The notes under the pieces were generated by a model. It searched no databases. It was not told the origin of the DNA and saw nothing but the letters and a program-made list of their open reading frames with translations. A DNA stretch of 21,701 nt, from positions 1 through 21,701 of the forward strand of contig CAXXSM010000051.1 of the NCBI GenBank assembly GCA_963663405.2, written 5' to 3'. Of the stretch, positions 1 through 9,933 are shown piece after piece (the first letter of the stretch is position 1; every line of letters starts with the position of its first letter). Both the position numbers and the translations under genes were made by a program. The stretch comes from a bacterium (GTDB taxonomy: Bacteria; Hinthialibacterota; Hinthialibacteria; Hinthialibacterales; Hinthialibacteraceae).

Positions 1-180
1 TGCATGACGGCTGGCGCCAATGGCGAACAATATATCAGCGTAATCACAGCGGCGGCGCTGAATCAAAACCGTTTTCTCTCTAAAACAGAAAAACTGGATT
101 ATAGATTATGGTTGGCGAGAAATATGGGTGGCGGCTATCGATCGATATACGATCAGCCATTAATGGCGCCAAAAGAGTAA
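1..180 (+). CDS. 3' end of an unknown protein (partial, enters from the left edge)
   Basis: Frame 1 is open from base 1 to TAA at 178-180 (CMTAGANGEQYISVITAAALNQNRFLSKTEKLDYRLWLARNMGGGYRSIYDQPLMAPKE*) and converges on the next gene's stop at 205. No recognisable motif. Confidence 0.5.
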   Translation, partial: CMTAGANGEQYISVITAAALNQNRFLSKTEKLDYRLWLARNMGGGYRSIYDQPLMAPKE

Positions 181-204
181 TGTAAGCGAAAATAGAATCT
201 TTTC

Positions 205-2660
205 TTAGTTTTTATCAGATCGCATCAGCCAAACCTCAGCGACTTGGCATCCGCGGCCGGCGCCGGTCCGATCGGTATTTTGAAACCAACTGAACTCGAC
301 CGCGCCATCGTGAGTCAGATGTTGGGGGATATCAAATTCTAAGGGTTGAACGGGAAATGGTTTTTTCATCAATGGATGAATCTCTTTCCATCCGCTTCCA
401 GCCGGACTTTGACTTCACCGTGATAATTCCACTCTCCCGTATAAATGATTTTAAGACGATACTGCGCTTTAGGATCAAGATTCTCGTACCGCATTTGCAA
501 CGGCGTTTTATACCGTGTCTCGGCAAACCGTATCCACGATTGCCGAAAATCGGGTGAGTAATCAAAAGCGGAGCGGGAAGATTCCCGGAATTCTGGATCG
601 ATGAGATATCCCCGGCCAGGAAGGAGATGAGGCTGGTGATTCTGATCGCCAAGGTCGTCATAAAATCCACCCGGACCTGGATTTGTCCAATTGACGATTT
701 GATCGATCGCTTGCCGGCGCTCTTCTTCGCTGGATAATTTACGAATGGAATCAAACTGGCTTTTCAACCAAATGCGGTTGTTGAGTGGCCGGTCGATTGA
801 GTCCAAGTTGGCGCCTCTGCCATGGCTGATCGCCTTATAGCGAGGGACGCTCAACTGCATGTGGATACTTTGATAGAGCGCTTCCGCTAATTCGAATACC
901 CGGCTTCGCCAATCCGGGGCGGGCCGTTTTAATACAGCGCGGTTTAAAATACTCTCCGCCTGATCCAGTGCGATATAACTCCCCCATTCTTCCGATTGAC
1001 GCAGCGCGTCTAAAGCGGCTTCCTCCAATTGTGTTTCATACAGCAGCCGCTTGCGTGTGTACGCGTCATAGTAAGCGCGATAGAGCGCCTGTTGAAAGCG
1101 CCAATTCAATCGCAGTTGTGGGCTCGCCGTTTTTTCCATCGATTGGAACGACTGCAGAGTTGTATAGACTCCACCATTGCCGATCAGCGGTCCTTCCCAG
1201 TTTTTCTCCAAAGCCAACAAACCCTGCGCGAAGGAATCTTCATAATCTCCACCGATGAAATACCGTGAATATTGGCGCAGAATATCAATTACCTTCATTT
1301 CTGGATCCCAGCCTAATGATGACCAGAGGATCTTATTGACATCATCGTTGCACCCCTCCGAATAAGAGATAAAACCAGCCGCCTGATCCTTCCATAAACG
1401 GAAAATGTTCGCCATTGCGCGGGGCCGTGGATTGATCGATTCACGATGTTCCGTGATCGCATACGCCACATCCCAATTCTGAACCGCGTATTGACAGCGA
1501 ATGTTATGTGTAATATCTGGATAGCGCCGGATCGGATAGCGCTTGGGAACCCGCGCGCGTAATTCAGGAAGGGAGATCAAATTCTGTGGTCCAAATATTA
1601 TACCTTCCAGCCAGGTGGGTTGATCGTTTTGCAGTATTTCAAGAAATTCATCCATCCATTGTTGATGGAAACCTTGGGTGGAAATCCATATTTCTAAGCC
1701 GGGGTGGTATTGACGCAGGTTCTTGGATTGCTTTTCAAGCATATTCATCAAAATGGCTGGTGGCGTTTCGCCCGGATCACCCCCAGGGACGAAGATCGCG
1801 TTCAGGCGTGGCAGTTTAGAAAGGACATCACTCCAATCCTTCAACGCCCGTTCAATTGTATCCGGATTCGTATAGTCACCGTCGATCGCTGGATACCATA
1901 CCCATACATCCAATCCGTATTGATCCAGCATTCTGGACATTTCGATCATCATTTCCATTTGGGGCAATGGGAAATGTGGACTGGTGTCCGCGTCATCACT
2001 GCGTGGAGGGATCAGTTCAACGGCGTTGGTTCCGAAAACAATTAAATCCTTGATATATTGCTCCCAGATCGAGACCGGCCAGGCGTCGTATGAATTGGTT
2101 TTGGGCCGGTATCCCATTTGATGCCCTCGCAGAGGAAACGCGGGAACCGTGTCAACATTGAGCGGACCTTCCAGTTCAATGTGAAGTCTACTCATATGAA
2201 ATTCGCGCAGAAGCCTGCCACAAGCGAAGAGAACTCCCCGTTCATCATGACCGGCGGCAATCAATGACGGCGCGCCATTGTTGGATAGGGTGAGAATTCG
2301 ATAACCTTCCTCTCCTTGGGTGAGTGGTTTGTGGGCGTCGAGGGCATTCGCCAATGGTTTGGCGATTGTTTGGATTGATTCCGCTTGAGCGATAGCGATG
2401 ACGGGAACGGGATCGTTTGGCCATGTGTTGACTGTCTTCCAACGGATCAGTGTGCGCTTTTCCACTTCATCTAATAGAAGATCGACAGCATTGCTCTCGA
2501 CTCGTGAGAGTTCTTCTGGAACAACAACCACAGCGTCCGCAAGATCAATCCTAGAATTGGATGAAAGAACGGTTGGAACGATTGTTATGGATAAGAAAAA
2601 AATCGCAAACAACGTAACGACGCATTTATACAGATGATTAGGGTGGTTAAATATGGTCAT
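205..2660 (-). CDS. Secreted uncharacterised protein with a GH20/GH67-type N-terminal (zincin-like) domain and probable glycoside-hydrolase-like core; C-terminus frameshifted
   Basis: ORF 369-2720. The likely start is ATG at 2660, preceded by SD GAGGA and followed by a hydrophobic signal peptide. EEGYRI...IAAGHDERGVLFACGRLLR...PAFPLRG resembles the hexosaminidase/alpha-glucuronidase N-domain. After two indels near 355-395 the reading continues as EIHPLMKK/PFPVQPLEFDIP...GRGCQVAEVWLMRSDKN* to TAA at 205-207. Confidence 0.7.
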
Positions 2661-2891
2661 GGTTATCCTCTTTGTAGTCAGTATTAGAACATTTATTATG
2701 GCTGTTGGAAGCCTAGACATTCAAGGTATGGTAATATGATTAACACCGAAATCTTTGTAGGAAATGTTCTCTGAGAAATAATCACTTTCGATTCGATCCC
2801 CCTGTTCCTCAAATCTTATTTCTCTTCACTATTATCGAAACAAAAAAAACATGATAATGTCTTTAAAAAGAACATAAATGGAGGTGGATTC

Positions 2892-4337
2892 GTGAATTCA
2901 ATCAAAACGACACGCCGAACTGTTTTAAAAACACTTGGCATGACAGCGGCTTCACTTAGCGTAGGACACTCAATCAAGGCCGCCGCCGGGCAGAAACCGA
3001 ATGTGCTGTTTATCGCTGTCGATGACTTACGCCCGCAATTGGGATGCTACGGGCACGAACAGATGATCTCTCCCAACATCGATCGGTTGGCGGGAGAGGG
3101 AATCTTGTTTACCCATCCGTACTGTCAGGTTCCCGTCTGCGGGGCGTCCCGCGCCAGTCTATTGACGGGGATACGTCCCACACGCAACCGGTTTCTTAAT
3201 TACAACACATGGGCGGAGAAGGATGCGCCGGATTCATTGAGTCTCCCCAAACATTTTAAGAACAACGGTTATTACACCCTGTCCAACGGTAAGATCTATC
3301 ACCATAAAGATGACCAGCGGGATGGTTGGAGTGAAGAGCCCTGGCGTCCAAGCCCACGCGAAGGAGGAACGTGGCGGGATTATTTGAATCAAGAAAACCA
3401 AAAAATTGAAAATGAAAATCCAGAAGGAAGAGGTCCGGCGTATGAAATCTATGACGGAGGCGATTTTGACTATTTTGATGGGCGAATATTAAAAAAATGT
3501 GTGAGCGATTTAAAACGTCTAAAAGAAAAAGATCAGCCGTTCTTCCTCGCGGCCGGTTTTCTCAAACCTCATTTGCCCTTCAATGCGCCGAAGCGGTTTT
3601 GGGATCTGTATGACCGCAATCAAATCAATATGGCGGACAATCCCTTCCGCCCCAAAGACGCGCCGGATAACGCGATGCACAATTGGGGTGAATTGCGCAA
3701 CTATCATGGGATTCCCCCCACAGGCCCGCTTGATGATGATTTCGCCCGTACGCTCGTTCACGGTTATTACGCCTGTGTTTCGTATACGGATTTCCTGATT
3801 GGTGAGTTGCTTAACGAACTCAATCGCCTTGGTCTGCGGGAGAACACGATTGTGATTCTGTGGGGGGATCATGGTTGGAATCTGCGCGAACATGGAATGT
3901 GGTGCAAACACTGCAATTTTGAAACCTCACTGCATTCGCCGTTGATCGTCAGCGCGCCCGGTTTTCGGTACAATATCCAATCGAGCGGACTTGTCGAGTA
4001 TGTGGATATTTATCCTTCACTTTGCGAATTGGCAGGCTTGCCGAAGCCGGATCATTTGCAAGGCAGCAGTTTTGTCCCCTTGATGAAAGAACCCAACCGG
4101 GAATGGAAGCAGGCGGTATTCAGCCGCTGGCAAAAAGGCGATTCGGTCCGAACACAGCGCTACCGGTATACGGAATGGACAGATGACAAGGGCAATGTCA
4201 CCGCGCGTATGCTCTACGATCATAAAAGGGACCCAATGGAAAACATCAACGTGGCCGAACAAATTGAACACCGGGATCGAGTGCAATCCATGAGCGATCT
4301 GTTGAAAAACGGCTGGAAATCCCTGTGTCCAAAGTAG
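2892..4337 (+). CDS. Formylglycine-dependent sulfatase (iduronate-2-sulfatase-like, S1 family), Tat-exported
   Basis: GTG start with SD GGAGG. Twin-arginine signal TRRTVLK. Sulfatase motifs KPNVLFIAVDDLRP, CGASRASLLTG (C-x-A-x-R), GKIYH, KPHLPF, WGDHGW, KH and LYDHKRDPMENIN. Confidence 0.95.
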   Translation: MNSIKTTRRTVLKTLGMTAASLSVGHSIKAAAGQKPNVLFIAVDDLRPQLGCYGHEQMISPNIDRLAGEGILFTHPYCQVPVCGASRASLLTGIRPTRNRFLNYNTWAEKDAPDSLSLPKHFKNNGYYTLSNGKIYHHKDDQRDGWSEEPWRPSPREGGTWRDYLNQENQKIENENPEGRGPAYEIYDGGDFDYFDGRILKKCVSDLKRLKEKDQPFFLAAGFLKPHLPFNAPKRFWDLYDRNQINMADNPFRPKDAPDNAMHNWGELRNYHGIPPTGPLDDDFARTLVHGYYACVSYTDFLIGELLNELNRLGLRENTIVILWGDHGWNLREHGMWCKHCNFETSLHSPLIVSAPGFRYNIQSSGLVEYVDIYPSLCELAGLPKPDHLQGSSFVPLMKEPNREWKQAVFSRWQKGDSVRTQRYRYTEWTDDKGNVTARMLYDHKRDPMENINVAEQIEHRDRVQSMSDLLKNGWKSLCPK

Positions 4338-4385
4338 TAAATTGCATTCTACGAGTTAAACAATCTAAACAGGAAAGGGGGAATC

Positions 4386-5051
4386 ATGACAAGTCGAAAG
4401 AATCGATCGTTTACATTAATCGAGTTATTGATTGTCGTCGCCATCATCGGGATTCTGGCGGCGATCGCCGTGCCGAATTTTCTCAACGCGCAGGTGCGGG
4501 CAAAACTGGCGCGAGGTATGGCGGACATGAAGAATCTTGGAACCGCGATCGAAAGCCTCCGATTGGACAAGGGCCATTTACTCGTTGATTTCTGGGATGA
4601 TGATACAACGCTTGGTATAGAACGAATTAAGGAATTCGGCGTTCCTCCTTTCGATAACAGCATGGCGCGAACCATGATTCAGGTTCTGGCTCCATTAACT
4701 ACACCTGTTTCTTATATTGGAACCGTTCCCCGCGATCCATTCAACAAAAATGCAAGCAACACGCAGAGTTCCGATTTTGGCACAACATCGCAGGATTCTT
4801 ATATTTATGGGGATAAGGAACCGGAATATGGGGGTGAGAATCACAACCTGAAGTTGGTCCTTCCCGGTGTAGCGGAGTTGTGGGGACTGCGGCCGCTCGG
4901 AATGAACGAGTGGGCGCTGCTGGGCATCGGTCCCGACGCGGATTGGCAAAGCAAGGGCTATGAAAATGGCATCCCCTACCAGGTGACGAATGGCGTAGTG
5001 AGTTCCGGTGATATTGTCTACCGCTTTGGGGAAGGCGCGACGGCAAGATAA
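4386..5051 (+). CDS. Prepilin-type N-terminal cleavage/methylation domain protein (GspG/pilin-like), paralog 1
   Basis: Basic leader MTSRKNRS followed by FTLIELLIVVAIIGILAAIAVPNF (class III signal with Glu5). GspG-like P.DPF and GPD motifs. Purine-rich SD upstream. Confidence 0.92.
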   Translation: MTSRKNRSFTLIELLIVVAIIGILAAIAVPNFLNAQVRAKLARGMADMKNLGTAIESLRLDKGHLLVDFWDDDTTLGIERIKEFGVPPFDNSMARTMIQVLAPLTTPVSYIGTVPRDPFNKNASNTQSSDFGTTSQDSYIYGDKEPEYGGENHNLKLVLPGVAELWGLRPLGMNEWALLGIGPDADWQSKGYENGIPYQVTNGVVSSGDIVYRFGEGATAR

Positions 5052-5086
5052 AGAAAAAAGCGGTTTTACAGATCAATCGATGTCCG

Positions 5087-6755
5087 TTATTTTCTCTCCC
5101 TATTCGTGCCTGGCGCCGCGATCAATTCGATTCCATCTCCCACGCCAAGGTTTCTTGAGTATTGTTTGTCCACAGGATTGTTCCAGTGTTCGTGTACGCC
5201 AAGGCTTGTTAGTTTCGTTCCATCTTTCTCTGGATCGTAAACAGCGCCGGATGGTGGATGACCGGCAAGCGCCGCTTCATGTAAAAAACTGTCGACATGA
5301 CCGTTAAAACAGGTATTGCCTTCAATTAAATTTGGTTCGCTTTTTACGAAGTCGTATCCTACCGAATCGAGAGCGATCGGATCTTGTGACATGAAAAGGC
5401 TGGAAAACCAGTCGTTCCCCATCGTTGACCACCGAACGATATCCTTTGTCTGTGTATACGATGTGTACAGACCGTCAAGGATATACAAAAACGTTTTTCC
5501 ATTTGTGACGTCATGGCCGAGTAAAGAAGGATGACAATGAGGGAGACCATGCCGATTGGGAGGAAGGCCGTCCTTGACGGCAAAGGCGTGTAATGGGCTG
5601 GGCATATAAGATTTTCCATCATAGATCGAGCCAAAATGATTTTTCCCCACCATGGTCAGGCCGAAAATACTATGCGGCCGGAACTGACCCGCGTTGATCA
5701 TGTACGTAGCTTGGCTGAATATTTTAGGAAAATAAAAGGTCTGCCTAGTTTCCATCCGGCATATCAAAATAGATTGGGCAGTCCATATCCGGTTCGGCGT
5801 ATATATATTGAGGAACATCCCGATCCTCCTTCCCCGCAAATACAATCCGCTGGTAATCCGGCTTGGGATTCGACCGGATTTTATCATAGATTGGATTTCC
5901 AATATGTCGTGAGGGATCTGTAAGAATAATGTTGGCGCCGGGCACACCCGCTTCTTCGATAAGTTGTTTCACAAGCGCGTAGACTACTTGCGTGCTGGCG
6001 TGTCCTTTTTTCTTTCCCCGTTCACCCGGCGTTCCATCCGTATTGCAATTGAGTTTAATGACAATGGTTTCGTCCTTTTGATAACCCTGTTCTCCCCGCT
6101 TGTTCGCTTTATTGTGATAACGGAAAAGAGCGTCCCAGGCGGCGCTGTCCGCGTTCTCACCGGTCAGGCTTAAAAGCGCTTTTGAGAACATCGTCTCGAC
6201 GATTTGTTGATCGGTGTTTTCTTCATCCCACCAAAGCCCTTTTTCACCATCCCAGCTGGTGGCGTCAAAGTCCTGTACCCAGACTACCCGGCCCGGATGA
6301 ATGCCACGCGCTTGACCGATTGGCTGGTTCACTCCTTCTGGCGGCGCCAGGGCAACAACCGCCGTCTCCGCGTGGAGTGTATCTGTGATCACAGAGGCGA
6401 TTCCTCCGAATAGACCACAAACGGTAATCGAAGCGATAACCATGGAAACCGCAAAATGCCGGCGAATCTTTTGGGCTAAAGAAAATGAACTAAGAAATAT
6501 TAGTACATAAGCGAGAAAACCACCGCCGATTCCCAAGGCCGCCCGTTGACAGGGATAAGCCGCTCTGTCCGGTTTGGGCACAACACGGATAAGAAACCAG
6601 ACAATCGCCATCAATCCCATTATGGGAAAGAAGAAACGGCTTCTCTTTAGATCGTTTCGGATTCCGGTCATTTTTCCTGTTTTTGAACAATGCGACACAA
6701 ACGGATTGATGATTGTTGATATTTTTTGTGTAAACCATTTTCCAGTTCGAATCAT
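5087..6755 (-). CDS. DUF362-family membrane-anchored/exported protein (one frameshift at ~5750)
   Basis: ORFs 5745-6830 and 5087-5947 join at GATGGAAACTAGG, which has an extra A. Start ATG 6755 with SD GAGGAG. Motifs WFLIRVVPKPDRAAYPCQRAA, PIGQARGIHPGRVVW, IVIKLNCN, H..FGLTMVGKNHFGS, SQDPIALDSVG and HEHWNN...YSRNLG are typical of DUF362 proteins. Confidence 0.8.
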
Positions 6756-6896
6756 TGTCAGAACTCCTCGATCGATAAGGATAACCTTGAAAAAGCGAGT
6801 TTTCATTTTCATATACTGTAGCGCCAGCAATGAATTTTTAGTACGTGGAACGGATTGGATAAGAGTTTTTTTTTTGTATGGCGCCCGGAATCGGAA

Positions 6897-6931
6897 TTGA
6901 GAACAGATATATTCGCTTTATATGATATAAT
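6897..6931 (+). promoter_or_regulatory. Candidate sigma70 promoter for the WD40 gene
   Basis: TTGAGA at 6897-6902 and an extended -10 TGaTATAAT at 6923-6931 in AT-rich intergenic DNA. Confidence 0.45.
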
Positions 6932-7060
6932 TCATCAATGGTTCTTATTCGAATCGATCGTTCTATCTTTTATTTTAATTTTTTGTTATTCAATATCCTT
7001 TCATTTGATTTCTTCAGGGCAATTGCCCTAAACAAAAAAATGCTTGTGGGAGAGAGAAAA

Positions 7061-9154
7061 ATGAAATCCTTTAAAGTGCCCGTGTGGATTCTCGTCTTTG
7101 TTTGTTGTTTGAATTGGCTCGCCGCAGGCGCCGATTTGCCGTTTCGTGGTTCATCGGGTGAGATAATTTTTGGGCTGGGAAGATTCCCGGATACTATCTA
7201 TTTTTCTACAGATAAGCAATTATTGGCACTGTCAACGGAATTGGGAATTCTCGTTTGGAACTTAAACACGGCGGAAGTGGAGAACATTATTCAGACAGAA
7301 GAACCACTCGAGGCGGCGTTATCTCCGGACGGCCGATTCATCCTTGCGAGTACGATGGGATATGAGCGTGTTCTCCGATACGACTTAGTAACCGGTGAAG
7401 TGACGGAACCATTTCCAGAACGAGAAACTGGATTTGAAACGGCGGCGGTTTCCCCCGATCATTCACAAGCCGTCATGGCGATAGACGGAAAAATAGAGAT
7501 ATGGGATTTGGTTTCAGGTAATCTTCAAGTCTCTTTTACAGAAACCCGATATGGAATTTACGCCCTGGCCTATTCAAACGACTCCAAAACGATTCTTTCG
7601 GTGGATTCTTCGGACTTTTTTAACAGCGGGATTACCTACTGGGACGTGGTAACTGGACAACCAATAAAAAACATTCCAAGTAATTTAGATATGTTTACTC
7701 TCCTCTCAATTTCTCCGGATGATCAATACATCGCTACGGATGGCTACATGAATTCCATAAAATTATGGGATAAGGAGACAGGTCAGCTGGTACGAGAATT
7801 TACCGGTCATACCCACACGATCTCTTCCATCGCTTTTTCCGGAGATGGGAATTACCTTGTCAGTGGAAGTTATGACGACCGGGTGAAAGTGTGGGAGATC
7901 GAAACAGGCCGGGAAATAAGGAGTTTTGGTGAGGAAGACCATAATATCCGTAACGCCGCTTTTTCATTCGATGACTCATCCGTTTTTTCTGTGGATGATA
8001 TTGGCCAGGTTCACGAATGGAACGTTGAGACCGGCATGAAACAAAAAACTTTTGGTATGCTGGATTATCCTTATTTATATCCTGTTTTTCTGATTGAGAA
8101 AGACTATCTCCTTGGTGGGACACCGGAGGGATCCGGAGTTCTATGGAATCTAGAAACCGGCGTATTGGAGCGCAAATATCAGAATAATCCTCTTGTGGTT
8201 TCAGCGAACGGTGATTGGTTTCTTACCCGCGCCGTGGATCCAGACAACCAATACGATATAGCAGGTATTGTTAACGATCACTATGAAACCATTCTCATGG
8301 ACGTCCAAAACAATACGGAAATCAAAATGTTTCCAAATAGCGGCTCTCCTGTTACATTTCTCTTGCAAGATCAACGGATCATAACTCATTACGCCGATCC
8401 GGAACATTCGGCATTAAATTATGAATTCAATACCGTTGAAATCGCGTATCAAACAAAACTTTGGGATATCCAAAGCGGGACTGAATTAAATACATTCGCG
8501 GGAGAAACCGCGGCGGTCTCAGCCGATGGCGAGTGGATTCTCATCGATGGTTTCGAGCGGACGAGTGATATCATTGATATAAATACAGGCGCAACCGTCA
8601 AATCATTTCCGAAAGAATCCTATGAAGAAATTGACAACGCTGTTTTTTCTCCTGATAAAAGATATTTAATCCTGCATTTTCGTTACTATGATTATTTTTC
8701 ATACCAAAATCGAGTGGAATTATGGGATCTCCAGGCGGACCGGATTCTTACCAGCGGTCTGCCGGAAAAGTCTCTTGTATTCTTGCCCAGCAGTCATTCA
8801 TTTCTGTATGGACTTGGAAATGAGATTCATCAATATGATATTGATACAGGTCAGGAAACCATTTTCGAGGAACCGGTCAGCGGCTTTACTGATTCTGTGT
8901 ATTCCGTCGTTGTGTCTCCTGATGGAACCCAGTTTCTGGCGATCCATTCTCAAGGGGATATCTCCGTATGGGATTTACAAACGGAAAGAAGGATAGGAAT
9001 GTTTGTCGGGCATAAGAGTTACGTTTATTCTCAGGGCTTTTCAGCCGATGGAGAAAAATTTGTATCGTATGGCATCGATGGAACGACGCGGGTTTGGCGG
9101 AAAGAGAATATGATCCTCTTACCCACGTTTGTCAGGAATTATCTTCTCTATTGA
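7061..9154 (+). CDS. Secreted WD40-repeat (beta-propeller) protein
   Basis: Likely start ATG 7061 after GGGAGAGAG, with signal peptide MKSFKVPVWILVFVCCLNWLAAGA. Many WD repeats, e.g. GHTHTISSIAFSGDGNYLVSGSYDDRVKVWE and GHKSYVYSQGFSADGEKFVSYGIDGTTRVW. Confidence 0.92.
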   Translation: MKSFKVPVWILVFVCCLNWLAAGADLPFRGSSGEIIFGLGRFPDTIYFSTDKQLLALSTELGILVWNLNTAEVENIIQTEEPLEAALSPDGRFILASTMGYERVLRYDLVTGEVTEPFPERETGFETAAVSPDHSQAVMAIDGKIEIWDLVSGNLQVSFTETRYGIYALAYSNDSKTILSVDSSDFFNSGITYWDVVTGQPIKNIPSNLDMFTLLSISPDDQYIATDGYMNSIKLWDKETGQLVREFTGHTHTISSIAFSGDGNYLVSGSYDDRVKVWEIETGREIRSFGEEDHNIRNAAFSFDDSSVFSVDDIGQVHEWNVETGMKQKTFGMLDYPYLYPVFLIEKDYLLGGTPEGSGVLWNLETGVLERKYQNNPLVVSANGDWFLTRAVDPDNQYDIAGIVNDHYETILMDVQNNTEIKMFPNSGSPVTFLLQDQRIITHYADPEHSALNYEFNTVEIAYQTKLWDIQSGTELNTFAGETAAVSADGEWILIDGFERTSDIIDINTGATVKSFPKESYEEIDNAVFSPDKRYLILHFRYYDYFSYQNRVELWDLQADRILTSGLPEKSLVFLPSSHSFLYGLGNEIHQYDIDTGQETIFEEPVSGFTDSVYSVVVSPDGTQFLAIHSQGDISVWDLQTERRIGMFVGHKSYVYSQGFSADGEKFVSYGIDGTTRVWRKENMILLPTFVRNYLLY

Positions 9155-9192
9155 ACGAACCGATAATATGCGGCAACGAGATTTCCCATTTT

Positions 9193-9846
9193 TTATAAAA
9201 CTCCATACTGCTCCAGATGGCTCGTGCTGCCCGCCCCTCCTCCGAATTCGTAAATGTCTCCAGGACTGATTAATCCATTGGTGGGATCGTAGCGGCAGCC
9301 TTTCCGATTTTCATAGATCCCACAGATATCAGGATGGTTGCGCTCGTACGCTTCAATCGCGGGCAATGGGTAATAGGAACCCGTATTCAAACTCCGGTCG
9401 GGTCCAAAACTCCACATCAGATAGGAATCGAAAGGAGGCTGGTTGCGGCCATCATCCGTTTCGTGCGATTTATTGATGGGGTAGTTGATATAGACATAAA
9501 TTTGCAGCGCCGAATCCGGATACCAACGCTGATCTTCGAAAGGAGATTTCGCCCGGAAATAATCTTCGGGAATGCGTGCGATGTACGAAATTGGAGTAGT
9601 CAGATAGAGTTGATACATCGAGTGGTTGTTCGCGGCGCCAGTAATGAAGTTGTAATGGGGTGGAAAAGTGCCATGATCCGCGCCATAAGAGCCAATTGCC
9701 GTCGTTAGATTCCGTAGATCGGCCCGTGCGCGGACGACTTGCGCGCGGACACGCGCGTTCATGAAATTCGGAACCGCGATCGCCGCCAGGATTCCTATAA
9801 TCGCGACTACAATTAGGAGTTCAATCAATGTGAATGCTTTTCTCAT
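9193..9846 (-). CDS. Prepilin-type N-terminal cleavage/methylation domain protein (GspG/pilin-like), paralog 2
   Basis: MRKA|FTLIELLIVVAIIGILAAIAVPNF with SD AAGGAG. Shares the LTTPISYI, SFGPD and YDPTNG..S.GDI blocks with 4386-5051. Confidence 0.92.
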   Translation of the reverse strand: MRKAFTLIELLIVVAIIGILAAIAVPNFMNARVRAQVVRARADLRNLTTAIGSYGADHGTFPPHYNFITGAANNHSMYQLYLTTPISYIARIPEDYFRAKSPFEDQRWYPDSALQIYVYINYPINKSHETDDGRNQPPFDSYLMWSFGPDRSLNTGSYYPLPAIEAYERNHPDICGIYENRKGCRYDPTNGLISPGDIYEFGGGAGSTSHLEQYGVL

Positions 9847-9933
9847 TTTATTCCGCTCCTTCTCTCGCGGTGTTTTATTCTTAAAACATGTTGGATTTTT
9901 AATTCACAATCGTTGAACTGGGCGCTGGATGCG

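Noticed and set aside
6938-7060. N-terminal extensions given in the ORF track (also 2661-2720 and 6756-6830)
   Set aside because: Downstream ATGs at 7061, 2660 and 6755 have SD sequences and give better N-termini. The extensions are AT-rich intergenic sequence.
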